Assembly: GCA_037917675.1 (NCBI GenBank)
Contig: JAVCBW010000005.1
Coordinates: 1 to 64,000, forward strand
Source: Thermoproteota archaeon
Lineage (GTDB): Archaea > Korarchaeota > Korarchaeia > B14-G2
Direction: 5' to 3'
DNA: 64,000 nucleotides
Notes under the pieces: generated by a model
What the model saw: the letters and a program-made list of their open reading frames with translations, nothing else
What the model was told of the DNA's origin: nothing
Database searches by the model: none
Part shown: positions 18,406-27,456 of the stretch, one piece after another
Position numbering within the stretch: the stretch's first letter is position 1
Layout of the letters: each line of letters begins with the position of its first letter
Made by a program: the position numbers and the translations under genes

Positions 18406-20238
18406 GTGAAGCTACTGATAGTGCATGCAGACTATATCAAGTACAAGCCTCTTGAGAAGGCTATAGAGAGAGCTGAGGAGGCTGAGTTGGATGAGAAGGA
18501 GGTGAGTGAGGCTCTAGTCGTTTTTACAACAGTGGAGAGAGGAGATAAGCCTGAGGTAGCAGAGCATGCTGCTCAAGAGGTCTCTATGGTATCTGAGAGA
18601 GTTGGCTGTAGGAGGGTAGTAGTATATCCCTGGGTACACCTATCACCTAACCCTGCTCCCCCCTCTACTGCGCTAGAAATCTTGGATGCCTTCAGGGTGA
18701 AGCTTAGAGAGGAGGGGCTTGAAGTACATAGCTCGCCATTCGGCTGGTACAAGTCCTTTGAGCTGAGGTGTAAGGGGCACCCGCTCTCAGAGACATACAG
18801 AGACATCAAGGCGCCTAGGGTAGCTAAGACGATTGAGGAGGAAGCTGAGAGCAAGCTGCTAGTCCTCACTCCAGGTGGAGAAGAGGTGCCAGCTGATCCA
18901 GCTAAGGTGGCTGAGGAGGACAGTGAGCTAGCTGAGCTCATAAGGATAGAGCTGCATGGAGAGAAGGCCTCAGCTAAGCCATTCCACACTGAGGCTATGA
19001 GGAGGCTTGAGCTCGTGGACTATGAGCCTGCTGCAGACATAGGGCACTTTAGGTTCTATCCTAAGGGAGCCTTAGTGAAGAGGCTGCTCGAAGACCTAGC
19101 GTTCGAGATAGCTCACAGCCTTGGTGCAATGGAGATAGAGACACCAATCTTCTATAGGGAAGACGTAGAGGAGATAAGGGAGCAGGCTGAGAAGTTCAGG
19201 GAGAAGGACTATGAGATAGACTTGGATGGTAGGAGGCTCATAGTCAGGTTCGCTGGGGACTTCGGGCTCTTCGAGATGCTTAAGACTACAACCCTGACCT
19301 ACAGGTCGCTGCCAGCTAGGTTCTATGAGATATCGCCTTCATTCAGGTATGAGCAGAGAGGGGAGTGTGTTGGGCTACGTAGGCTCAGAGGGTTCACGAT
19401 GCCAGACATACACTGCCTCACAGCTAGCCTAGAGGATGGCATAGAGGAGTTCGTGCTGCTCTTTAAGAGGTACACTGACCTCCTTAGAGCACTCCAGATA
19501 GACTTCGCAGTAGCGTTTAGGGTTGTAGAGGAGTTCTATAGCAGGCTTAGGGAGCCTCTTCTCGAGATGCTCAGGTATGCTGGGAAGCCTGCTCTAATAG
19601 AGCTCCTGCCTAAGAGGAAGCACTACTGGATACTGAAGCATGAGTTCCAGTTCATAGACCCGGAGGGAGGGAATGCTCAGCTATCTACCGTTCAGCTTGA
19701 CATAGAAGACTCAGAGAGATATGGGATCTACTATGTGGATGAGAAAGGAGAGAGGAAGGGTACTATAATAGTCCACTCGTCTATGGGGTCTATTGAGAGG
19801 TTCATATACGCCCTCCTAGAGACTGCTGCCAAGCAGATGAAGAGAGGAGAGAAGCCTAAGCTTCCACTCTGGCTTTCACCAACCCAAGTCAGGATCCTGC
19901 CTGTTACAGGCGACGAGAAGCTCATAGAGTACAGCCTTAAAGTCTGCAGGAGGCTTAGCAGCAGTAGGATCAGAGCTGATGTCGATGACAGAGACATGAG
20001 CTTAGCTAGGAAGGTCCGTGCTGCTGAGAGAGAGTGGATACCATACATCGTGTTCATTGGAGCAAAGGAGGTGAGTGAAGGTGTTCTGACAGTCAGGGAG
20101 AGAGGTGGGGGGGATAGGAGAGTGAGTATCGATGAGCTCATTGAGGAAGTTAGCAGCAGGTGCAGAGGGCTACCTTGGAGGCCACTTAACCTGCCAGTAC
20201 GCCTCTCTATGAGGCCGGTGTTCGTGGGAGGCCTCTAG
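18406..20238 (+). CDS. thrS: Threonine--tRNA ligase, archaeal full-length with editing domain
   Basis: MKLLIVHADY, YPWVHLS, PFGWYKSFELRCKGHPLSE, SFRYEQRGE, GSIERF, KLPLWLSPTQVR. Confidence 0.96.
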   Translation: MKLLIVHADYIKYKPLEKAIERAEEAELDEKEVSEALVVFTTVERGDKPEVAEHAAQEVSMVSERVGCRRVVVYPWVHLSPNPAPPSTALEILDAFRVKLREEGLEVHSSPFGWYKSFELRCKGHPLSETYRDIKAPRVAKTIEEEAESKLLVLTPGGEEVPADPAKVAEEDSELAELIRIELHGEKASAKPFHTEAMRRLELVDYEPAADIGHFRFYPKGALVKRLLEDLAFEIAHSLGAMEIETPIFYREDVEEIREQAEKFREKDYEIDLDGRRLIVRFAGDFGLFEMLKTTTLTYRSLPARFYEISPSFRYEQRGECVGLRRLRGFTMPDIHCLTASLEDGIEEFVLLFKRYTDLLRALQIDFAVAFRVVEEFYSRLREPLLEMLRYAGKPALIELLPKRKHYWILKHEFQFIDPEGGNAQLSTVQLDIEDSERYGIYYVDEKGERKGTIIVHSSMGSIERFIYALLETAAKQMKRGEKPKLPLWLSPTQVRILPVTGDEKLIEYSLKVCRRLSSSRIRADVDDRDMSLARKVRAAEREWIPYIVFIGAKEVSEGVLTVRERGGGDRRVSIDELIEEVSSRCRGLPWRPLNLPVRLSMRPVFVGGL

Positions 20239-20239
20239 C

Positions 20240-21991
20240 TCAGGCTGCTAGTCTAGGCTTGAAGGGCTTGACATGGAACCTGTTTCGCGCGAAGGCAGCT
20301 CTCTCACATCCCCTTATCTCTAAAGCAGAAAGCAGTGTGTGTATGACAGCTAGCAGCCTGTCTTCCTTGTCTACTGCAAAAGCCTCCTGGTAAGGCCTTA
20401 TCTTCGGGTCACAGTCCTCAATGAAGTGGGTGAATACTGTAGTGCCAGATGCGACAGCATCTATGAACTCGTCCTTGATCACGACCCTGCATGATGGGGG
20501 CTTCACACACTGCATTATGAGCCTAGCCCCCTCTAGGCTCGGTATGAAGTGGCCATCATAGTGCCTGAATGAGCCTATCCTCTTTCCATCATAGTAGACA
20601 TCACGTATCATCCCTGTCCTCTTGGAGAAGCGGTAGCTAAGCTTTCCCTTGTCCAGGAAGCAGTCAGCTCCATCTCCAAACTGGAATACTAGAGTGTGAG
20701 CTACCTGCTCATATGGGTCTACTCGATGGCGCTCATCTGAGTCCATGTGGCCTATAGGGAAAGTGTAGACTAAGCCAGCAGGGACAGCGCCTATAGGTGA
20801 AGTGGTCAAGCTGCCTCTGAACCTCCTGGAGCCCAAGATCTCAGCGGCCCTCCTGACATCAGGCCTCAAGTATGCTTCCTCACTTATCAGCCTGACACCA
20901 GACCTCTTTGAGAACGGCTCATGCTCCTCAAGCCACCTGTACTTCTCTCCTAGCAGGTACCTTAAGGCCTGATATAGGCCGCTGTGCCCTCTAGCTCTCT
21001 GGATGGCAAGCTCCCATAGGTATCCTCCTCTTATGGCCTCTCTAACCTTCCTCATTTCAGTGAGCATCACATGTAGGTTATGCTTCGCCAGCAGCTTCTC
21101 TCTGAGAGGCTTCTCCTCTTCAGCTAGCTCTCTCGCTGTGTACTTCGAGCAGACAAGGCAGCTGCATGGGAGCTCAGTCATCTCCTCAAGCCTTAGAACC
21201 CTCTCTGGCAGCATGTACCTAGATCCTCTAGCATAGAGCGCGTATGATGCTGAGTCGAAGGTGTCGCATCCAAGTGCAGCGAACAGCGCAAATGCAGCAG
21301 GGTGCCCGAGCCCCCATAGGTGCATTGGAGAACACCATGGGAACACGCTTCTAGCTGTGATCACATAGTCTATTGTCGGCTTGTACTCATATTGCTCAGT
21401 CGCCTTCTTCAGGGTTCCGCAGGCATAGATTTGGAAGCCTAGCTTGGAGAGCTCGCTGGCACACCAGCTGACGACATCAAGGTGAGGGCCTCCCTGAGCT
21501 GTCCCAACCCAGAGAGGGCCTTCAAGCCTGTCTCTAGCTGAGCTCCACTCTCTCGCCCTACTGACCGTCAGCTCAGCTCCACTCTCAGCTTCCTCACGTG
21601 GTATATCACCTGCCATGGGGACATCTAGAATCGTGGCTATGTCAGACCCTATCCTCCACTGGAACTCGATGATCTCAAGGTTACCTACAGATATCTCCCC
21701 ATACCTGTATAGCTGGTAGCTTCCTGAGTCTGTTGCTATTGGGCCATCGAAGCCTAGAGCCTCATGTACCCCATGCCTTAGAGCTTGCTCTCTGAGAGCC
21801 TTGCTCTTGTATAGCAGGTATGAGTTGGCCATTATGCACTGTGCTCCAAGCTCTCTTATCTCAGAGGGAGTCAGTGTCAGCTTGTTTGGGTTCACTACAG
21901 GAAACAGTGCAGGAGTCTGTATAGTCCCATGTCTGGTCTTGAGCTCCCCAAGCCTGCCAGCAGCATCTCTAGCTCTGAGCTTGAACGTCAA
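20240..21991 (-). CDS. tgtA: tRNA-guanine(15) transglycosylase (archaeosine pathway) with C-terminal PUA-like region
   Basis: GRLGELKT, TPALFPV, TDSGSYQL, FDSASY, Zn site CSCLVC...HN. Confidence 0.95.
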   Translation of the reverse strand: MTFKLRARDAAGRLGELKTRHGTIQTPALFPVVNPNKLTLTPSEIRELGAQCIMANSYLLYKSKALREQALRHGVHEALGFDGPIATDSGSYQLYRYGEISVGNLEIIEFQWRIGSDIATILDVPMAGDIPREEAESGAELTVSRAREWSSARDRLEGPLWVGTAQGGPHLDVVSWCASELSKLGFQIYACGTLKKATEQYEYKPTIDYVITARSVFPWCSPMHLWGLGHPAAFALFAALGCDTFDSASYALYARGSRYMLPERVLRLEEMTELPCSCLVCSKYTARELAEEEKPLREKLLAKHNLHVMLTEMRKVREAIRGGYLWELAIQRARGHSGLYQALRYLLGEKYRWLEEHEPFSKRSGVRLISEEAYLRPDVRRAAEILGSRRFRGSLTTSPIGAVPAGLVYTFPIGHMDSDERHRVDPYEQVAHTLVFQFGDGADCFLDKGKLSYRFSKRTGMIRDVYYDGKRIGSFRHYDGHFIPSLEGARLIMQCVKPPSCRVVIKDEFIDAVASGTTVFTHFIEDCDPKIRPYQEAFAVDKEDRLLAVIHTLLSALEIRGCERAAFARNRFHVKPFKPRLAA

Positions 21992-22530
21992 GGTGAATCC
22001 CTCAGCACAAGATTCAGCTGCCTGATAGCCTCTTCAGGAGCCTTCTCCCGTACGTCTAGAGCTGGGACATCTAAGCCAGATTCGCTCATGAGCTCAAGGA
22101 GCTCATGCATGAAAACACCTGGCCTACTCACCTTCCTCGTTTCTCCAGCTAGGCTTGGGTCTCCTCTCCAGGAGCCAGATGTGGTCTTACCTACAGCACA
22201 TGATGGGCTTCCCTCCACTCCAACTAGAGCTAGCAGCTCGATGCCGTTTCTAGCGAGCTCTACTAGAGAGTCTAGTGCCAGCTCAGCTAGCCTCCTGCAG
22301 TGCCTCCTGAAACCAGGTGTGTCCAGCTGCTCTACAGTCGCCCAGAACCTGTTGTACCCATAGTAGCTGAGCTCTGGGCAGGGGAGCTGGAAGATGCTGC
22401 AGTCATGCTCCTCTAGCACCTTGAGCATGGGCCATAGTGCAGAGCTCCTTCTAGCTAGCCCCAAGACCTTCGTGTTAGGGTTCAGTAGGCAGTGTGCTAG
22501 TATGACCAGCTTACCTGACCTCAGATCCAG
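21988..22530 (-). CDS. TudS/DUF523-related (CD3072-like) putative thio-nucleobase desulfidase
   Basis: AHCLLNPN, QLPCPE, GVEGSPSCAV, GVFMHEL. Probable start is CTG at 22530 or a nearby GTG, since the ORF-track start overlaps the rhomboid gene. Confidence 0.78.
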   Translation of the reverse strand: MDLRSGKLVILAHCLLNPNTKVLGLARRSSALWPMLKVLEEHDCSIFQLPCPELSYYGYNRFWATVEQLDTPGFRRHCRRLAELALDSLVELARNGIELLALVGVEGSPSCAVGKTTSGSWRGDPSLAGETRKVSRPGVFMHELLELMSESGLDVPALDVREKAPEEAIRQLNLVLRDSP

Positions 22531-22585
22531 CTGAGACACCTCCACATGCTTTTTAACCACACATGTAACCATAGCTGGGTCATAC

Positions 22586-23275
22586 TTGATTCCACTGAGA
22601 GACATAAACAGGCCGTCACGTAGACCTGTTGTCACACCAGCTCTCATAGCAATAAATGTCGTGGTGTTTCTCTGGGAGATAGCGCACCCGAAGCCTGAGC
22701 TGGTGAGGATGTTTCTCCTCTATGGCTTCACGCCATACTACTTTGTGTCTAAGTTCCATAGGCTCTACTATACCCCCATAACATCTATGTTCCTGCATGG
22801 CGACTGGATGCATCTCCTCGGGAACATGCTCTACCTCTACATATTCGGAGATAACGTAGAAGACGCTTGTGGGAGGCTGAGATACCTTGTGTTCTATGTG
22901 GTATCTGGGCTTGGAGCAACGCTCTTCCACTTCGTCACCAACATGAACTCGAGGGTGCCAGCTGTAGGGGCTAGTGGAGCGATAAGCGGCATCCTCGGAG
23001 CATACTTCCTGCTTTATCCAGATGCGAAGATAGAGACCCTAGTCTTCTATTTCAGGCTTATCCCAGTAGTCTACTATGTGAGCGCAAAGTGGTATATAGG
23101 CTTCTGGTTCATAATGCAGCTTCTATTCGGGCTGCTTGCGCCAGAGGCCTCGATAGCATTCTGGGCTCATATTGGAGGCTTCCTGACAGGGCTAGGCCTG
23201 ATAAAGGTGTTTGCAAGGAGGAGGGCTAGGCCTGTGCCTGTAGAGTACTATGTGAGACCCTACTGGTATGGCTAG
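22586..23275 (+). CDS. Rhomboid intramembrane serine protease
   Basis: SMFLHGDWMHLLGNM, VGASGAI, WAHIGGF. Confidence 0.95.
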   Translation: MIPLRDINRPSRRPVVTPALIAINVVVFLWEIAHPKPELVRMFLLYGFTPYYFVSKFHRLYYTPITSMFLHGDWMHLLGNMLYLYIFGDNVEDACGRLRYLVFYVVSGLGATLFHFVTNMNSRVPAVGASGAISGILGAYFLLYPDAKIETLVFYFRLIPVVYYVSAKWYIGFWFIMQLLFGLLAPEASIAFWAHIGGFLTGLGLIKVFARRRARPVPVEYYVRPYWYG

Positions 23276-24585
23276 CTGAAGCTCAGGGAAGCCTGTCTGC
23301 TTCTCTTCTTAGCAGCTCTCCTAGCAGGCCTCCTCCCTGGCTTCTCTCTGGCCTTAGGCTTCCTCTCAGCTTTAGCAGCCTCCTCTGATGGGGGAGGCTC
23401 CGGAGGCTGCTTAGCTAGAGGAGCTATGGCAGCCTGCTCTTCCCTTGAGAGGAAGCTAAGCCTCCCTCTAGATGCTATCACCTTGATTAGTGGGAGGAGC
23501 CTTCTGACTTCCTTGGTTGACGTGTGGGTGTGCTTAGCTATCTTCACTAGAGCTGACTTGAGGGCCTCCTCTCTAGAGAATCTGAACCTTGATGGCACAC
23601 CCCACTTAGTGAAGCCTCTCGGCTTCTCTCCAGCTAGGTTGACTCCAATAGTCATTAGGTCTATGGCATACTTCAGGAGACCCCACTCCTGTTCTCTGAT
23701 TATCCTAGCTAGGAAGATGTCTGCCTTACTGAGGCTGTCAAATGCCCTTGAAACCTCCTTTGGATCCGAGTAGGCTATGGTGGTAGCATGCTTGACCCAG
23801 AGGAGGAAAGTCCATGGATCTAGGCCTGAGTCTTCAAATGCCTGCTTCGCAAGCTCTGGTGACCCCTTGAACAGCTTGTTTAGGGCATCGAACACGCTGG
23901 ACTGGACATCTCTCACCCCTAGTATGGCCTCTACATCTGCTTTGCTTACGATCTCTTTGCCTGAGAGAGCTTGGAGGTCATTTATAGCTGACCTCAGGCT
24001 TCCACCTGATCTCTCAGCTATCGCCTTTATCGCGTCCTCTGTTATGTTCAGGTCTTCTGCCTTAGCTATCTGCTTGAGCTTCTTAGCTATCAGGTCGCTT
24101 CTCAGCGCATGGAACCTTATCATGTAGGCTATGTCCCTTAGAGGCCTTAGCCTCTGCGAGTATGGGTCGTTTGCAGCCATGGCAACAGGGATCCTCGAGA
24201 TCTTTAGGATCCTTAGGATAGCCGAGACTCCTCCTCTGTCTGCTGTCCCACTCATGCCATCTATCTCATCTAGGAACAGGAGCTTCGGTCTACCTGTTAT
24301 GGAGCCTGTGACAACGACTTTCTCAAGCTCCCTTATCTTCTCAGCACTACGCTCGTCTGAGGCATTCAGCTCTATGAGCTCTACTCCATGCTCTCTAGCG
24401 AACGCATGTACCATAGCAGTCTTCCCTACTCCAGGAGGGCCTACTAGCAGGCATGGCCTCTTCTCCTCTCCTCTCAGAGCCCTATTAAACCAGCTTACGA
24501 ACTCCTCAACCTGCTTCCTCCACCCTATAACCTCACTGAGCCTCCTTGGAGCATACTTGTCGACCCACAAGGCCTCTGTAGGCAA
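23272..24585 (-). CDS. rfcL: Replication factor C large subunit
   Basis: WVDKYAP, GPPGVGKT, ELNASDER, LDEIDG; C-terminal PIP-like QASLSF. Confidence 0.93.
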   Translation of the reverse strand: MPTEALWVDKYAPRRLSEVIGWRKQVEEFVSWFNRALRGEEKRPCLLVGPPGVGKTAMVHAFAREHGVELIELNASDERSAEKIRELEKVVVTGSITGRPKLLFLDEIDGMSGTADRGGVSAILRILKISRIPVAMAANDPYSQRLRPLRDIAYMIRFHALRSDLIAKKLKQIAKAEDLNITEDAIKAIAERSGGSLRSAINDLQALSGKEIVSKADVEAILGVRDVQSSVFDALNKLFKGSPELAKQAFEDSGLDPWTFLLWVKHATTIAYSDPKEVSRAFDSLSKADIFLARIIREQEWGLLKYAIDLMTIGVNLAGEKPRGFTKWGVPSRFRFSREEALKSALVKIAKHTHTSTKEVRRLLPLIKVIASRGRLSFLSREEQAAIAPLAKQPPEPPPSEEAAKAERKPKAREKPGRRPARRAAKKRSRQASLSFS

Positions 24586-24589
24586 TAGA

Positions 24590-25273
24590 TCACCCTATGA
24601 AGTGTAGGGTGAGGGCTGTTATTAATGGGACTGTGAAGTTGTCGAAGTGTCTGAGCGGGCCAGCTGCTATGGCTTCAGCTACAGCTGCGGTAGCTGCTCC
24701 GAGCAGCGTGAATACCAGAGGGGAGCTCGCGGATACGCTGTATGCAGCCTTCATAGCAGCCTGAGTAAATGCTATTGCTATGAGCGAGAAAATAAACACT
24801 ATGATGCTGCCTTCAATAGACTTATCACTCCAGGGGTAAGTATGCCTTTTCTCCAGCTTTGGAGCGAGTATAGCTGCAGCTCCATCACCCCAGGCCATCG
24901 CGAATACGCTAGCTACAACTGTCAAGGGATCATTGAATAAGGCTACAACTAGTATTAAGATAGATGCTATGTAGTAGACTGGCCCATATACATGGAGGGC
25001 TTCGTCCTCAGCTTCAATCATTGGAGAGGCTAGGAAGCCTACCTTCCTCATGAGGGCTATCGTCATGAGGACACCTAGGCCTGCTGGTATTAGGGCAGGC
25101 CAATACCATCTTGAAAACATGGGTAGTATCAGGATGGCGTCTCCTGCAAATAGGTGTATTAGCCTACGTGTCACACGTGGATCATAGCCTCTCTTCCGTA
25201 GTGCTTCACCTATAGCTATGATAGCGAAGACATACATGTAGACTATAGCTACCAGCAGTGCGTCTCGTAGCAT
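24590..25273 (-). CDS. Polyprenol (dolichol/phytol) kinase family membrane protein
   Basis: TRRLIHL, MAWGDGAAA, KSIEGS, DNFTVPL. Confidence 0.85.
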   Translation of the reverse strand: MLRDALLVAIVYMYVFAIIAIGEALRKRGYDPRVTRRLIHLFAGDAILILPMFSRWYWPALIPAGLGVLMTIALMRKVGFLASPMIEAEDEALHVYGPVYYIASILILVVALFNDPLTVVASVFAMAWGDGAAAILAPKLEKRHTYPWSDKSIEGSIIVFIFSLIAIAFTQAAMKAAYSVSASSPLVFTLLGAATAAVAEAIAAGPLRHFDNFTVPLITALTLHFIG

Positions 25274-25303
25274 GCTCTCCTGCCCTGTGCTAGCATATTA
25301 AGG

Positions 25304-26329
25304 TTATCTAGCTGGAGGGGGGCCGATAGGGGGAGTTGCTCTCTTGTGAGTAGAGGACTTGACCAGCTCTATCACCCGATAGACCTCCTGCTCTGAGGCT
25401 CCTGTCAGACTTATCGTAGACTTAGGGTCTAGGCCTAAGTCTATGAGGCAGTAGAGTATCATGTCAGCTATCTCATAGGTGACACCAAGCTCGCCTTCAT
25501 CTGTCTGCCCAGGCCACAGGCCTGCAGACGGCTTTTTCCTGATGATCTCCTCAGGGATCTCTAGGTGTCTAGCGAGCTGGTAGACCTGCGTCTTGTATAG
25601 GCCTCCAATTGGGAGGAAGTCTACTCCTCCATCACCATACTTGGTGAAGTACCCTAGGAGGAGCTCGCTTCTGTTTCCAGCTCCAGCGACAAGAAGCCCT
25701 TCTATGTTAGCATGCATGTATAGGAAAACCATCCTCAAGCGTGCTGCTATGTTCCCTCTAGCTACCCGGTCTACTCTCGAGCTGTGTCTACATGATGCTG
25801 CTATGGCATCTGCTATGCTTCCTATGTCTATGACCTCATATCTTACTCCAAGAGACTCTGCTAGCTCTATGGCATCCCTCACATCTCCCTCTTCAGTATG
25901 CTTGTCTCTGAGCATCAGCGCTAGGGTTCTGCTTCCTCCTAGTGCTCTTGTACATAGTACCGCGACAACTGAGCTATCCACACCGCCAGACATACCTACT
26001 ACAACGCCTTTTGCCTTGGTAGAGCTCACGGTGTCTCGTATGAAGCCAGCTATGCTATCAGCTGTCTTCTCTGGGTCTATCCTGAGGAAGCGGTGAGCTC
26101 TGCTCAAAGCTACCTCTCTGGAAGCTTCCCTTTCACCTAGGCTGCTCTGTGAGGCCTCCATGAATATAGGGCCCACATACCTGCAGTTCTCACAGTAGTA
26201 GCTTTGTGGTGTGAGCCAGCCAGATACCAGTGTCCTCAGGGGCTTTAGCCTAGCTCCACAGGCAGGGCATAGCTTCTCTCCACCAGCTCCCAGCCTGATG
26301 CTCTTCAGAAGCTCTCTCAGGATGCTCAA
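25304..26329 (-). CDS. nadE: NH3-dependent NAD+ synthetase with an N-terminal Zn-ribbon
   Basis: GMSGGVDS, GNIAARLRM, GYFTKYGDG, KKPSAGLW, QTDE; N-terminal CPAC...CENC. Confidence 0.93.
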   Translation of the reverse strand: MSILRELLKSIRLGAGGEKLCPACGARLKPLRTLVSGWLTPQSYYCENCRYVGPIFMEASQSSLGEREASREVALSRAHRFLRIDPEKTADSIAGFIRDTVSSTKAKGVVVGMSGGVDSSVVAVLCTRALGGSRTLALMLRDKHTEEGDVRDAIELAESLGVRYEVIDIGSIADAIAASCRHSSRVDRVARGNIAARLRMVFLYMHANIEGLLVAGAGNRSELLLGYFTKYGDGGVDFLPIGGLYKTQVYQLARHLEIPEEIIRKKPSAGLWPGQTDEGELGVTYEIADMILYCLIDLGLDPKSTISLTGASEQEVYRVIELVKSSTHKRATPPIGPPPAR

Positions 26330-26333
26330 GATG

Positions 26334-26954
26334 CTACCCTAATGTCTCTATATTCTGGTGCTCTCTCCTAAGGTCCTCCTCTGACTTGTTGAGCTTCTTC
26401 ATCAACTCAACTACAGTACACTCTAGGAAGATCATTGCATTGACCTCGAAGAGAGACCCCAGGGGGCTTAGTGGCTCATGTATGCCTGTCAGCTGTCTTG
26501 CTATGAAGTCTCTGCTTGCTAGGTCCTCTTTGGTCCTTCCAGGGACCACAACAACTACGTCAGCTAGCTTAGCTAGTGTGGAGTCTGGGTTAGATGTTAT
26601 AGCAATGAGCTTACACCCTATCTTCTTAGCTATCTGGGCTGTGCTCACTACATAGGTTGTCTCACCACTCCCTGATAGGCATAGAACCGTGTCTCCTGGC
26701 CTAGCTGCTGGGACTACAGTCTCGCCTATCACGAATACCTTTATCCCAAGGTGTACAAGCCTCTGAGCAAAGGTCCTTGCTATGAGCCCTGACCTCCCTG
26801 CTCCAGCGACGTAAACCCTCCTCGAATTAATTATTGCATCTATGAAAGCTTCAATCTGCTCTGGATCTAGCTTTCTGAATGCTTCCCTTATCTCATCAAT
26901 GAACTGGCTGCCAGCTAGATAGAAGTGACGCAGAGGCTTATCAGAGCTCTCCAC
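26334..26954 (-). CDS. hxlB: 6-phospho-3-hexuloisomerase (SIS domain)
   Basis: AGAGRSG, IGET, SGSGET, PLGSLFE, HQNIE. Confidence 0.88.
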   Translation of the reverse strand: MESSDKPLRHFYLAGSQFIDEIREAFRKLDPEQIEAFIDAIINSRRVYVAGAGRSGLIARTFAQRLVHLGIKVFVIGETVVPAARPGDTVLCLSGSGETTYVVSTAQIAKKIGCKLIAITSNPDSTLAKLADVVVVVPGRTKEDLASRDFIARQLTGIHEPLSPLGSLFEVNAMIFLECTVVELMKKLNKSEEDLRREHQNIETLG

Positions 26955-27025
26955 AGACCCCCCCCAAAGTACATTCTAGCCTCGGTAGTTTTTAACTTAA
27001 CTAAGCTGAGCTAGGCGGTGGTGCC

Positions 27026-27433
27026 ATGGGAGGAGTCTCTAGAGTAGGCATATCACTCCCAAGGGAGCTGCTTGATAGGCTTGATGGCTTGGTGTGGAAG
27101 CTTGGGTTTAGGAACAGGTCTGAGGCCATAAGAATAGCTATAGAAGAGTTCATTGAGAGAAGGGTTCTGAGCCATGCTAGTCTCAGAGAGTATACAGGAG
27201 AGGTCCTTTGTGTGCTTAGCTTTCTAGATAGAGAGGAGGCTGTGAAGGGGGTGAGAGAGAGGTGTGAGGAGAAGCTGGTATTAGAAATGAGGTTCAGTGG
27301 GAGAGATAGCGTCGTGCATGTGTTTATTCTTAGAGGAGACGGGGGAGAAGTGTGGGGAGCTTTAGAGAGAGCTAAGAGTGTGGTTGGCATCAGGAGCATG
27401 GAAGCAGTTCTCCTCCCACTTGAAAAGCCATAG
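27026..27433 (+). CDS. CopG/NikR-like ribbon-helix-helix regulator
   Basis: RVGISLPRELLDRLD...NRSEAIRIAI plus an ACT-like C-terminal domain. Confidence 0.8.
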   Translation: MGGVSRVGISLPRELLDRLDGLVWKLGFRNRSEAIRIAIEEFIERRVLSHASLREYTGEVLCVLSFLDREEAVKGVRERCEEKLVLEMRFSGRDSVVHVFILRGDGGEVWGALERAKSVVGIRSMEAVLLPLEKP

Positions 27434-27456
27434 GCCTTGGGAGGAACAAATATATT

